Source: Chrysochromulina tobinii
Lineage: Eukaryota
Assembly (NCBI GenBank): GCA_001275005.1
Contig: JWZX01003253.1
Location: 1-64,000 of the forward strand
Direction: 5' to 3'
Length of the DNA stretch: 64,000 nt
How positions within the stretch are numbered: position 1 is the stretch's first letter; each line of letters begins with the position of its first letter. Positions 1 through 11,500 of this stretch are shown piece by piece. A program made the position numbers and the translations under genes. The notes beneath the pieces are model-generated. The model was not told the DNA's origin and searched no databases. It was given only the letters and a program-made list of their open reading frames with translations.

Positions 1-312
1 TGAGCTTGCCCACAGGCGAGGCCGGGGGCGAGAGGGAGTGGGAGGTGGTCCAGCGGGTGGCCACCAAGACGTTTGGTAAGTGCACCTCGGTGGCCAGGAA
101 GCTGGGCTCACACGTCGCCCATTGGAGCAAGTTCACAGTGGAGGCGCCCCCGACGGCCATGCTGCTTGGCAAGTTCACTGATGACTGTCGTTCCAAGGGC
201 GCTTGCGTGGTGGCCACATGTGATGACAAGGTCATCACGATCACCAGGGTGAGCTTGCCCACAGGCGAGGCCGGGGGCGAGAGGGAGTGGGAGGTGGTCC
301 AGCGGGTGGCCA
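1..312 (+). repeat. Truncated duplicate of the coding repeat array of the 1100-5620 ORF (matches 4479-4790), ending at an A10 tract (312-321)
   Basis: Direct comparison: 1-312 matches 4479-4790, including the unit-specific RKLGSHVAH linker and the SKG/CDDK variants; the match stops at the poly-A. Confidence 0.92.
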
Positions 313-469
313 AAAAAAAAACAGCGCATGCGTGTGAAGAAGATCGAGCGGCTCGGGAGCTTTCGTGAAGCCGCAGAAATCGAGAAGGCGCACGCGCGCG
401 ACGAAGCGAACATTCGCGCCGCAGAAGCGCCCAGTGAAGCATGATTTGCCACGCGGCAGCAAGCAGCGA

Positions 470-700
470 CGGCACGTGGTGGGAGCGCGCGAGGTTGATG
501 TCGCCCGGGAACAGAGACTCGGCGCCAACGTTCGAGCTCCTCACACCAGGGCAAGCAACATGGACGTGGGAGCTAAGATAAGCAGCGGCCACTCGGCCAG
601 GTAGTGGCAGGCGAGCGTCAGATGGCTTGCACAGTCTTGCCGAGCTCCATCTCGTCACATGAGGAGAGGCGTCGTTGAGCCCTGCAAGTCCGGCCGCCAT
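470..700 (-). pseudogene. Frameshifted fragment of a SMARCAL1/ZRANB3-like SNF2 annealing helicase
   Basis: Across three frameshifts the minus strand reads CDEMELGKTVQAI / TLACHYLAEWPLLILAPTSM / CLPWCEELERW / PGDINLARSHH. This matches SNF2 motif I (DEMGLGKT) and the EWPLLI..P.S...W..E.E.W segment of this subfamily. Confidence 0.8.
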
Positions 701-740
701 TCAATTGGATCTTCACGGTTGGGGGAGAAAGTACACAGTG

Positions 741-758
741 CGCGCGCGCGCGCGCGCG
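741..758. repeat. (CG)9 dinucleotide microsatellite
   Basis: Read directly; a similar run occurs near 32008-32022. Confidence 0.9.
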
Positions 759-1099
759 TCTGCCGCGTCTTCCGCGTCTGCCACGTCCGCACAACTGACA
801 CATCTTTCGCATTCCGACACACATTCACATTCACACAATCTCGCCAGAATTGTGCCGTGCTGACACGACCGAGGACGCCAACGAACGCGCTGCAAGCGGG
901 GGCGTCGACGTGACGGCGAGCAAAATTGTGCACCGCCGCACTGTGCCCTGCCTGATCCGCGCGTAGCTGCCCGGTGCTGCAACCAGTGCTCCCCCCCGTG
1001 TCGTGCTGTCCTGTGCAGCTCCCTGGCTCTCGTATCACCGCGATCCCTCGCCCAGTGCTCACCGCGCTTCTCATTCCGCGCTGGCTGTCGCGCAGGCCC

Positions 1100-1154
1100 A
1101 TGGACCGCGCCGACTATCTCATCAATGACGACAAGGGCAGCTCGACGAACGAGC

Positions 1155-1191
<37 letters not shown>

Positions 1192-4100
1192 GCTGCTGAT
1201 ACCGCCGCCAGCGCAGCCTGCTGGGCAGCCGTTCGTGCCGGTGGCGGGGGCATTCGGTACGTTGCCCGCGCTGGAGCGGGGCGCGAGATTGAGCAACCCA
1301 AAGGCTCGAGTGTGGGCCGCGATTCATGGTCGCAGGCCATCGGATACCGAGCTTACTGAACCAGCCAAGAAAAGGAATAGGAACAAGAGAAGTGGAGGCT
1401 CGCAGCAGCAGCACCTTCAATCCTCGCTGCAGCCCTCACGGCAGCTTCAAGCCTCGCTGCAGCCCATGCAGCAGTCCCAACCCAACCTGCAGCCCTCACC
1501 ATCACCATCATCAAGGGCGGCAGGTCCATCGCAGGCACTCTTCTATGCGCCAGAAGCAAAGTTAACCTTCACCCAGATTTCGGTAGGAAGGAAAGTGCGT
1601 GTGTGGTGGTCAAAGCTGGACGCCGGCAAGTTAGAGCGCTTCGAATATGGCGTCATCGAGAAGCTTGGTGGGCAGATGTTGCCCTCCAGGAACCGTCGTA
1701 AGAATGCTGATCTCAATATCTCATTCAAGGTTGCGTACCCGGCGCAGAGTGGTGAGCTGGAATCTTCCTTTTGGCATGACCTCGAGGAGAAGCACGTGGA
1801 GGCCGTGGAGCCGGAGGCTTGGGATCTGTACTTTAGCAAGCAGGGAGACCAAACTGCTGCTCTGAAGACAAGTACTCTTGCTGCTGCTGCTGCTGCCCCC
1901 ACGGCTCTTTCTCTCGACCATCCATCTGACGAGAACTACAGGAGAATCAAAGTGAAAAAGGAGGAAGTCGAGGAGGAGGGGGGTGTGGAGGACAATGAAG
2001 AGAAGGAGGAGGAGGAGGAGGAGGCCGAGGAAGAGGAGAAGGAGGAGGAAGGTGGTGGGAAGGAGCCCAAGATCCCTGCAGAAGATCCAGTGCTGCCCTC
2101 CGTTGAGCAGCTCCAGGGCACTGTACCACACTTGGGGGAGACGTCTGCTGGCCTCCCCACCAAGCAGGTCGCTGTGGCTGCCCGACCCCAGGGTCCACCA
2201 ATGCAAGCTGCAAAGGGCAAGATGCCTGTAGGCAACAACACGGCCGCAAAGGGCCCCATGGATCATTTCCTCAAACCCACTAACACCCTCCAACCCCAAG
2301 GTGCTCAATTATCGCAAAGGGCAAGGGAGAAGATGCCTGTGGGGCGCCTGGCCCAAACTGAGAAGACAGAGACTCGAGTGGAGGACATTCTGAAAATCTC
2401 GGAGGCACTTTCGGGCTCAATGGCGGACTACCCACAATTCGCCGATGCACTGTCCAGGAATCACGGCAACGTGACGGATGCGATCTCTTATCTTCTGAAT
2501 CAGGCAGCAGCTCGCAACGAACGTGAGACACCTGCCAATGAAGACAATGAGGCCAATGACTACAAGATCAGTCTCATCGACAGTATATTGGAAGGCAACA
2601 TCACAGTGTCGGAGATTGGAGAGGCCCTCGCCGCACATGGTGGAAACGTAGAGAGCACTCTATGTTGGCTCCTGGAACCAAAATTCATGTCCAATACGGT
2701 CCCCATGGACTCGGAACATTTCAATCCAATTACGGGCGAAGAGGACCAGGAGGACGAGAAAGATGGCATTAGGGTGGACCGGAGGGGCTGGGTCAAGCAT
2801 GGTCGAGACTACAACTCAGAGGAAGATTCCGAGCAGGAGGACAGCTCTGAGGCTGAATCCGAGTGTGGTTCTGTGGAGGACGAGGACCTGTCGGAGGACG
2901 AAGACGAAGGCAGACAGCCCATGGGCGACAGCAGCGCTTCGGGCGCCGGCTCATCGTCAAACCCGCCAGTGCCAGGCCCCTCGTCCTTTGCGGAAATGTC
3001 ACCCGACGAGACCAAGTGGCTGCTCAATGTGTGCCAATTCTTGGAGAAGCGGCTTTCCACACTACCTAAAAACGGAACGGACTATAGCTGGCTCAAGCTG
3101 CCCTGGGTAACCGCACCCGGTGACACTGCCCAGATCCTGGAAGCAGCCTACCGGTCTCTATCACCCGCGGGGGTGCAGGCCTTTGTGTTGGCCAATAAGG
3201 AGTCCCTCACGCCGGACGTCTTTGAAAAGATCATGGGCGTTGGCCGTGGTGGCCTCATCGAGGAGCGGGGACTCTACTGGCCATCAGGACCAACCCTCGT
3301 CGCAACGGAGCAAGTCAACACCCTGGTGCCCGATGGCTCCAAGGGTGTGTGGCTCGGAGCCTGCAATGGGGTGTGGGGCAACTTCAAGGAAACACTCGTC
3401 GACAGCGTGCGCAAGCTGGACGTGTACCCAATGGGCGGGGGGGTCACCCACCACCCTTGCGACGGCCACACGCAGTATGCGAGTGTCGGGGAGCTTGGAT
3501 TCATCATGTATGCCACCTCACTGCCCGGGCCCTCCTTCCAGCCACCGGCTGCTCGCCTGGCCATTGAATCACTCAGAGATGGTGGGATTCTGGTGGTCAC
3601 CGACACCCTGGGCAGAGACGAGGCCACCCTGTCCACCTTCGACAAGCTCTTGAACATCTATGAATTGCGTGGCTTTGGCACCCTCAAGCGCAAGACGGTG
3701 GGTGTGCCTGGTCAGCGGGATGTGGACATGCTCACCTTCACACGCACATCAGCTTCTGGGCCTGGCTCTGGACCAGTCCCCATGCTCAAGCTGCCCAAGC
3801 GCAATCGGGTCACACTGTATGCAGCTGTGCTGCCCCAAGGGCCACGGACCCACATGCATCCAGTGGTAGCTCCTCGTCGTCAGAGCGCTGGTGCTGCTGA
3901 GCTGGATGCAAAGTCCACCATCACAAGTGCTCCTGGCTGCTATATGATTGCCACAGGCCAATTTGCGTATGGCGGCGCGAGCCTCAACCCAGTGAAGCGC
4001 ACCGCTCAGCATGTCCAGCTCCACCGTTCAGGCAACAAGGGTTTCGCCAGGCTGCTCAAGGAGGTGCACCCCAACGAGCGTGCAGGTGTGACACGTGCCT

Positions 4101-5620
4101 GCATCGTCTTTGGCTACAACGAGATCCACCCAGAGAAGATTGCACAGCTTCTCGGGGGCACACCAGTGACCGTGAGGTCCGTGTCCTTCTTCCTGCACTT
4201 TGCGGAGCAGCTGATGCTCAACCAGCTGATGAAGGTGGGCTGGGGTGGCGGAGCGGTCCCCAAGCTCTTGAACAAGACTATCAGTGGCTTCGCCCAAGGT
4301 GCTCAAGCCAATGCGTCCGCAAATGGGAAGCTGGGCACATACATCACCAATTGGAGCAAGTTCACAGTGGAGGCGCCCCCGACGGCCATGCTGCTTGGCA
4401 AGTTCACTGATGACTGTCGTGCCGAGGGCACTTGCGTGGTGGCCACATATGTTGACAAGGTCATCACGATCACCAGGGTGAGCTTGCCCACAGGCGAGGC
4501 CGGGGGCGAGAGGGAGTGGGAGGTGGTCCAGCGGGTGGCCACCAAGACGTTTGGTAAGTGCACCTCGGTGGCCAGGAAGCTGGGCTCACACGTCGCCCAT
4601 TGGAGCAAGTTCACAGTGGAGGCGCCCCCGACGGCCATGCTGCTTGGCAAGTTCACTGATGACTGTCGTTCCAAGGGCGCTTGCGTGGTGGCCACATGTG
4701 ATGACAAGGTCATCACGATCACCAGGGTGAGCTTGCCCACAGGCGAGGCCGGGGGCGAGAGGGAGTGGGAGGTGGTCCAGCGGGTGGCCACCAAGACGTT
4801 TGGTAAGTGCACCTCAGTGGCCGGGAAGCTGGGCGGTAAGAGGGGCTCACAAGTCACCAATTGGAGCAAGTTCACAGTGGAGGCGCCCCCGACGGCCATG
4901 CTGCTCGGCAAGTTCACTGATGGCTGTCGTGCCGAGGGCGCTTGCGTGGTGGCCACATATGATGACAAGGTCATCATGATCACCAGTGTGAGCTTGCCCA
5001 CAGGCGAGGCCGGGGGCGAGAGGGAGTGGGAGGTGGTCCAGCGGGTGGCCACCAAGACGTTTGGTAAGTGCACCTCAGTGGCTGGGAAGCTGGGCGGTAA
5101 GAGGGGCTCACAAGTCTCCAATTGGAGCAAGTTCACAGTGGAAGCGCCCCCGACGGCCATGCTGCTTGGCAAGTTCACTGAAGACTGTCGTGCCGAGGGC
5201 GCTTGCGTGGTGGCCACATGTGTTGACAAGATCATCACGATCACCAGGGTGAGCTTGCCCACAGGCGCAGCCGGGGGCGAGAGGGAGTGGGAGGTGGTCC
5301 AGCGGGTGGCCACCAAGACGTTTGGTAAGTGCACATCTAGCGCAGCAGCGGCAAACTACGCCGAGTCCAAGTCTAATCCAGCTATGAGTACCAACGAGGC
5401 CAAGAGTGCAGGAGCTTCTAAGGGAGTCCAAAAAAAAGGAAAAGGTACTCAAAGTTGTGGAATGTGTGGGCAGGTTGGCGTCAACTCGACAACCTGTCCC
5501 CGCAATAAGTATGCTGCCAAGCCAATACACGAAGATGGAAGGAAAAAGCCTAGGACGAGAAATGGCCGCAACCAGCGAGGTGGAGATGGCAAGCACCTCT
5601 ATGCAGATTATCTTGTCTGA
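1100..5620 (+). CDS. Multidomain protein: Tudor-like + acidic tract + 2 UBA/CUE-like + Rossmann methyltransferase-like + GIY-YIG endonuclease + 4 tandem 83-87-aa repeats + Zn-knuckle-like tail; probably encoded by a mobile element
   Basis: Open frame 974-5620, first ATG at 1100. VGRKVRVWW...FEYGVI...FKVAY (Tudor-like, ~1575-1810). ALSRNHGNVTDAISYLL and ALAAHGGNVESTLCWLL (UBA-like). VWLGACNG...KLDVYP...ESLRDGGILVVTD...GF (MTase fold, ~3320-3750). PGCYMI...AYGGAS.NPVKRTAQH...AEQLML...LLNK (GIY-YIG, ~3930-4285). CGMCGQVGVNSTTCP at the C-terminus. Confidence 0.8.
4352..5337 (+). repeat. Coding tandem repeat, 4 units (periods 249, 261 and 261 bp; last unit shorter)
   Basis: TTGGAGCAAG recurs at 4351, 4600, 4861 and 5122; the units are near-identical in DNA. 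Confidence 0.97.
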
Positions 5621-6049
5621 CAGGCCGGAGGGTATTGAAGGTGCCATCCTGCAATGTGTGGGGAGTGGCGTGACAGCAGTTCTACTCCAACACAGCGACC
5701 TACGCCAGGTGCTAACCTACGCCAGGTTCTACACTCGGAACATTTGGGGTGCCCACCACTAAGGGTGGGTATGGACAACTGTTTTCTTTCCTTTTCTACC
5801 CGTAAACTTTCTTCTCTGTCCCCACACATCGCCTTCCGCCACCCATTCGCGCATCGACGGCCTTTCAGATAGGCTCCCGCGCAACGATTGCGAGTGGTGC
5901 ATCTCTGGGCGACGCACCGATGACATCCGGCCAGGCCGCAGGCGCGCCACAAGCTAACCAGCTCAGTGGCTTACGAAGAGGCTGTGTTTTTGCGTTTCGT
6001 GCAGATGGAGTGAGCCACTGCAGATCGAATGAGCCACTGGAGCGACGTG

Positions 6050-6123
6050 TTGGTGTGAAACGAGATCCGACAAAATTTTCGAACTCCCGCATCTCGTTTC
6101 ACACCAAATTTTGTCGGATCCGA
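6050..6123. repeat. Two interlocked inverted-repeat pairs (17 bp and 15 bp); probable element boundary
   Basis: TTGGTGTGAAACGAGAT (6050-6066) pairs with 6091-6107; GATCCGACAAAATTT (6064-6078) pairs with 6106-6120; the palindrome TCGGATCCGA occupies 6114-6123. Confidence 0.9.
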
Positions 6124-6126
6124 AAA

Positions 6127-6999
6127 ATGTGGCCGCTGTACGTCGTGTTCCTCGCGTTGATCATCGGCGGCGGTGCGCTCACCGGGCTGCTCTCCCCGCC
6201 CAGCGAGATCAGCTCGCAGCTGTACTTGCGCGACTCCGCGCCGATTGACGCGGCGCCCGCGGTGAATGGGGCCACGCACCCCGTCAACCGGGCCGCTCTC
6301 GACTGGTTTTCGGAGGCTGTGGCGACGATGCAGCTCTTCGGCACGCGCACGATGCTGATCCTCGGGCCGCTCATGTGGTACACGGGCTTCAACCAGCCGT
6401 ACCAGCTCAACACGTTTGCACGCTACTTCACGGCGCGCGCCAACGGTCTCGAGGTCATCGTCTTCTACGGTGCCGAGATCTTTGGCGCCTTTTTGGCTGG
6501 GTGGATGCTCGACCGCGACCCCACGCGGCCGCGCACTGGCGCGCTGCACGTCCTGGCCGTCTTTCTGGCCGTCACCACGGGCGGCTACGCGCTCGCCTTT
6601 CATTCGGAGCTCCTCGCGGCGCGCGCCGATTGGCCAGCTTGCAGCGTCGAGCCGCTCGACTTTACGCAGGCGGCCATTGTGGGGCCCACCCTGGCCTACT
6701 TTCTGTGGGGCCTCTCCGACTCGCAGGTGCAGGCCTTCTCTTACTGGCTCATGCGCCAGCTCTTCGCCGACGGCCCCGAGCAGTCGCGCGCTGTCGGCTT
6801 CTACAAGATGATACAGAGCCTCGGCTGGTGCGCGGGCTTCGCGCTTGTGCCGTCGGAGCGCATGCCGCCCATCGTGCAGATGGGCCTCACGTATGCGTGC
6901 GCGCTCGTCGGCGTCGTCTTTGCGCTCTTCCGGCTGCCCTCGGATGCGCCCCTCCTCAGAGACGCGCGCGCGCCACTGTCCGGTGCCGAACGAGCCTGA
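6127..6999 (+). pseudogene. UNC-93-like MFS membrane protein, C-terminal half only (5'-truncated, or its upstream exons are displaced)
   Basis: LYVVFLALIIGG..LL.PP; MLILGPLMWYTGFNQPYQLN...YFTARANGL; AYFLWGLSDSQVQAFSYWLM; VGFYKMIQSLG. These match the second half of UNC-93-like proteins. The in-frame upstream extension (5920-6126) lacks TM helices and overlaps the inverted repeats. Confidence 0.7.
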
Positions 7000-7429
7000 C
7001 AATGCTCCCTGCCCGCATTGCTGTGAGAGCTCTTTTGTACATTACTAATGAGGCAGCTTGTGCCGATCGATGGTGCACTGGACGAACCGCTCCTGTCCCA
7101 ACGGAGGTTGCGGGGATGGAATACCGGAGACGACAGACGTGTGGAATGCGACGAGGGGTTTTGGGGCCGACAAAATGGACAGATGTCATCTCGAAATGGT
7201 TGAATGAAACAACGCCCGGAGGGTCTTCACACACCATGTGACACACCGTACCTCCGTTTACTCCGAGAAAATTGCACGCAGATAAAACAGCCCCGCGAGT
7301 GAGCTCGAGTCCAGAGACAAATGTCTTGCGACGGTTACGTGCAGTGCCCTAAAGGGGTAAGTTGCGCAAAGTTGCGAAACATCAAGGTTTCGGAGGGGGT
7401 GCCTTTGCGAGAGCAACACCAAGCACAAC

Positions 7430-8063
7430 ATGCCGAGATGGGACGGAACTGCGGATCCGCCACCGTGCGAGCGACGCTGCGACGGTGACCGCATCATCGA
7501 GCTCGTCCCAGCCGCGGAATGGCTCGCGGACGACACGAAGAATATGCTGCTCCGCAACTCAGACAATGCCGACATGCTTCCGGGTCGCCAGTTTCTGCCG
7601 CGCACGGCATACCGCGATCACCTGCACGACAACGCGCGCGCGACGTCGGTCTTTGACAACGCCAACCCCGGAATCACCACGTATGTGCGCGTCTCGCGCC
7701 GGCTCGCCAAAGAGGGCGCAATGGGCGACCAGGCCCGCGAGGACCAGCTCCTGCAGATCCGAGCGGAGATTCGCGAGCAGACGAGGCTCAAGGAGCTGAG
7801 GGAGGCACAGGAGGCTCGCGAGGTCCTGGAGCTCAGGAGCCTTGGAATTCGGACGGCGATGCGCAAATGTGAGTGGCCTTCTCGCCACCACCCCTCCTTG
7901 CCTGCCCGCGCCGCGTGTCCATGTTGTGGGTGGCTCACAACCATGTTGTGCGTGGCTCCCGTCCGCAGACAAGGACCTGGCGGACACGGACCAGGATGGT
8001 GGCAGGGCACACTCGCACGATGGCGTGTCGAAGAGGTCGGCCCAGTCTGCGTTCTTCATGTAG
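7430..8063 (+). CDS. Hypothetical protein, 2 exons (7430-7868, 7969-8063), with a coiled-coil segment
   Basis: Host-like codon usage to 7868; GTGAGT donor at 7869 and CGCAG acceptor ending 7968; splicing gives ...AMRK-Y-KDLADTDQDGG...SAFFM*. Confidence 0.65.
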
Positions 8064-8563
8064 GCTCGTGTATGCGGCGGGCCATGGAAGTATGTGCCAA
8101 CGCTGCTCATGCGACCGGGCGGTGGGGCGCGCGCTCGACGCGGCTGCATCCAATCTCGCAGACGTCCTCCGCGCTGGCGGTCACAGGGGACGAGGTAGCA
8201 TGGCGCAGACCTCCAAGCACAGAGGACCCACCGGGACCGCGCTCACAGGGTGTAAGGCCGTGGTAGCTGATACTCATGATGGCACAGTGTGTGTGGCCCA
8301 CCGTGAGAGTGTGGTGCGTCCGTCTTGACGATTTTCTTTCTCTTCTCGTCGCGTTCTTGTGTGGACTCCCGTCCGCTCCGTCGAGAAGAACTTTCACGCA
8401 CGGCCCAAACAAGCGCCCTGTTAAATCCCAAAACACAATTCCGCAATCCAGAATCCTCAGTGGCACGTTCACATGCCCAGCAGCCAGCGGCAGCACCATA
8501 AGCCCGTTGTGGGACTCGCCCTCGGACAACCAGCCTCCCCCCAAGCCTCCACAAAAGGACAGC

Positions 8564-11500
8564 TCATAAGACTTCGACTGCCTTGAGCGCCTGCCCACCC
8601 ACGCGCTGCGCGACTTCCTTGAGCTCGGCGCGCAGCCTCGCATAGAGTTCATCGGCGAGCGCAGGTGTGCCCACTACGGCGCCGCCCGGTGCCGAGCTCT
8701 GCAACGCCGTCGCGGGCTGGCAAGGCCCTATGTCCTCGCCGGCATCGAGCCGCGCCTTGAGCGAGCTCACGTGCTGAAACACGCGTACATCCCCGCCCCT
8801 ATCGGGGTGGAGCACCACCATCAGCTTGCGCCAGACTGCGGGGCGCATACATAGCGCTCCACCCGCCGCCACGTACAAGGCGAAGAGGCGCAGTCCAGTG
8901 GTGAGCGCCGCCGCACTGTGGGCAGCGCGAGCGGCGCCAGTGCCATCCGTCGCATCGTCGGGAGCAGCGTCCTCGTCGGCCTCCTCTTCGACGTCCATTG
9001 CAGTGGGCTCGACGTCAGCGGGTAGCGGCACGTTGTTCGCGGCAGCACTCGCCGGCGGCTGTGCGGCCGGCGCGGGCGGCACCAACTTGGTCAGGCCAAG
9101 TTGCACTGCGAGTGCCGACGGCGCTGCTTTGTTCTTGAGCAGGAGCGGCGGCTCGAGCAGCAAAGGGAGGAGCCGGAGGTCACTCGAGCGGAAGCGCCGG
9201 ATACAGACGAACGAGTGGCGGAAGAGCGTGGCGAGCTCCGAAGCTGAGCGTCGGCGGAGCACGCCCTCGATGGAGCGTCCTAGAAAGACGCGCCGCTCGC
9301 GCCCGAGTGAAGCGAGCGGCAGCCTCACCTCTCCAGCGCTCTCGTCCTCGAAGACTTCATTCTGCGCAAAGTACGTGCCGTGCATCGGGAAGACGCCCTG
9401 GAAGGCTGTCCACGGCGACAGGAGGAGCCGACCGCGCGCGTAGTCGCCGACCGTCCCCTGCAGCAGCAGCAGGCGCGGCGTGGCGTCGCCCGGGTGCTGT
9501 GGCGCGATGGACGGGTCGTGCACCTCGCGAGCGTACACCATCCGGTCGGTCAGAGGATTACCACCTGGAGGGACTGTGGCACTGGCTTCCGAGAGCACCA
9601 ATGGGGCGGCGGGGAGCGAGATCGGCGGCGCGAGGAGCACTGGGGGGACTGGCGGCGCCGCTGCACCCTCGGCGGCGGCAAGCGCGGCTGCCACCGCCAT
9701 TGCGGCTACCTCGGCGCCCGCAGCGGCCGCGGAGCCGATCTCGCAACCGAAGATCGCAACGGCCGACGCCGAGAGCGGGCGCGCTGAGGAGACGAAGGCA
9801 AGGGGGGCAGGCGCACTCGCATCCGGCGCGAGGGACGGCAGTAGCGGAGAGAGGGCCATGGGGACGGTCGGGTCGCGGATCGGAGCTTCGCTGGGCGCCA
9901 TCGACATCATTGCAAAACTACCCACGGTGGCAAGGTGTTGCACACCCACGCCGTCATCGAGGTCCTCTATGGGGATGGCGCTTATGTCACTCGATCCCGT
10001 GCCGGCGTGGGTGTGCTCCGTTAAGGGCTCCGTTAATTGCTGTGCCACGTCACTCGATCCCGTGCCGGCGGGGGGGATGGGCACAGCAATGGCGACCGTT
10101 CCTGCGGCCGGAGCGACTGTTCCTGCAATTAACGGAGCAGCGGCAATTAACGGAGCAATTAACGGAGCGACTGCACTTGCGGCCGTGGCGACGACAGCGA
10201 GCGGAGCCGAGTCCGCCGCAAAGCAGGCGCGCCCTTTGCCTGTGGAGTCGTCGGCGCGGAGAAGGCTACCGTACTCGCAGTTGCTTCGGAGAGGGCAGTC
10301 ACCGCACTGCGGCGTCTCGCCGCATAGGATGGCGCCGTGCGTGATCATGAACACGTGCGAGCGATACAGCAGTGCACTGAGCGCCGAGCCGGGGGGCGTG
10401 CTCGTGGGCAGCACCTCATACATGTAGTCCTGCGCTCGCTTCGAGAAGCGCTTCAGGTTGCGCGGGCCGTCCTCGATGTCCTCCGTGCCGCTGCCGCTCG
10501 TGCCAACCCGTGAGTTGTTTGGTCGAGTAGCCTTGGCCCTCGCTTTGGAGGCGCCGGCCAGTGCTGCTGGCACCTCTCCCTGCAAGGTGCTGCCGCTGCC
10601 AACGGGGATGCCCTCGCCCTCGCCCTCGCCCGGGACAGCACCCTCGCCCTCGCCGAACGCATAAGGCTCGTCCTCTACCGCTGCGCCGTCGCCGCCGCCA
10701 GAGCCCGACATGTCGGCAGCGGCCGTCCAGCGCGTCCCGTCGCACACATGGTACTTGCCGTGCTTCTTGCAGTACCGTCGCGGGGCGCCGACGACCCGAA
10801 GTGGCGTGCTGCCGTCAGCGGCGAGGTACTCATTGGAGGCCAAGTTGACCGAACCGCGGCCCACTTGGCCAGCCGCCTTCGTGAGGCCTCGCACGTCGAT
10901 CATCGACTCCTCCTGCAGTAAGCTGGCCGGGGCTGCGTCGACTGCGCAGACGTCGAACGCAGTGTGCACATTCGCGTCTTCATCCATCGGCGCGGATGCT
11001 TCCACTTGCCCGGATCGAGCGCCATCCCGAGCGCCATCCCTGGCCGCCGCCGCCGCCGCTGCCACCGTCATCATCTCATTCACGGCCGAGGCGATCCTGG
11101 CGAATGAGCTCGGTCCGGCGCGCTTGTGTGGCGTATGCTTGGCTGCAGGGCGCGTCGCGAGCGCGGGAGTTCGCGGCGGCGAGAGCAGCGCGTCGTCTGC
11201 CTCGGGGCGAAGCAGAGGCGCGGCGGCGGCAGACGCCGCACCGGCAGCGTCGAGTGCCTTGGAAGCGGGGGCGGCGGTTGAGACCGGCACCTTGGCGAGC
11301 CACGGCGCGCGCTCCGCGGCGTCCATCTGCTTCCACTGCTGCAGCAGCAGCGTACGCAGCTCGGAGCGCGAGCACTTGGGCCGCTCGAGAGAGAGCGCCG
11401 GCCGCATCGCCTCCACGTAGATGTCATGTGCCGTCTTGGGACCCTTGCCCTTCGAGGCAGGCGTTCCGTCGAGGGGTGCCAGAACAAGCGCGCCGCGGCA

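Noticed and set aside
4352..5337. TALE-like hypervariable recognition code in the repeats
   Set aside because: Only four units, and the hand-counted substitution ratio is near neutral, so there is no evidence for a code.
1100..6126. Assignment to Penelope, Helitron, MULE or another known transposon class
   Set aside because: No RT, HUH-Rep/helicase, DDE or tyrosine-recombinase motifs, no CTRR end and no paired TIRs within the window.
5920..6126. N-terminal extension of the UNC-93 ORF as real coding sequence
   Set aside because: Lower GC, no TM helices, and it overlaps the inverted-repeat structure; likely a fortuitous open frame.
7869..8266. C-terminal half of the 278-aa ORF 7430-8266
   Set aside because: Better explained as intron read-through; canonical splice sites give a shorter product ending at 8063.
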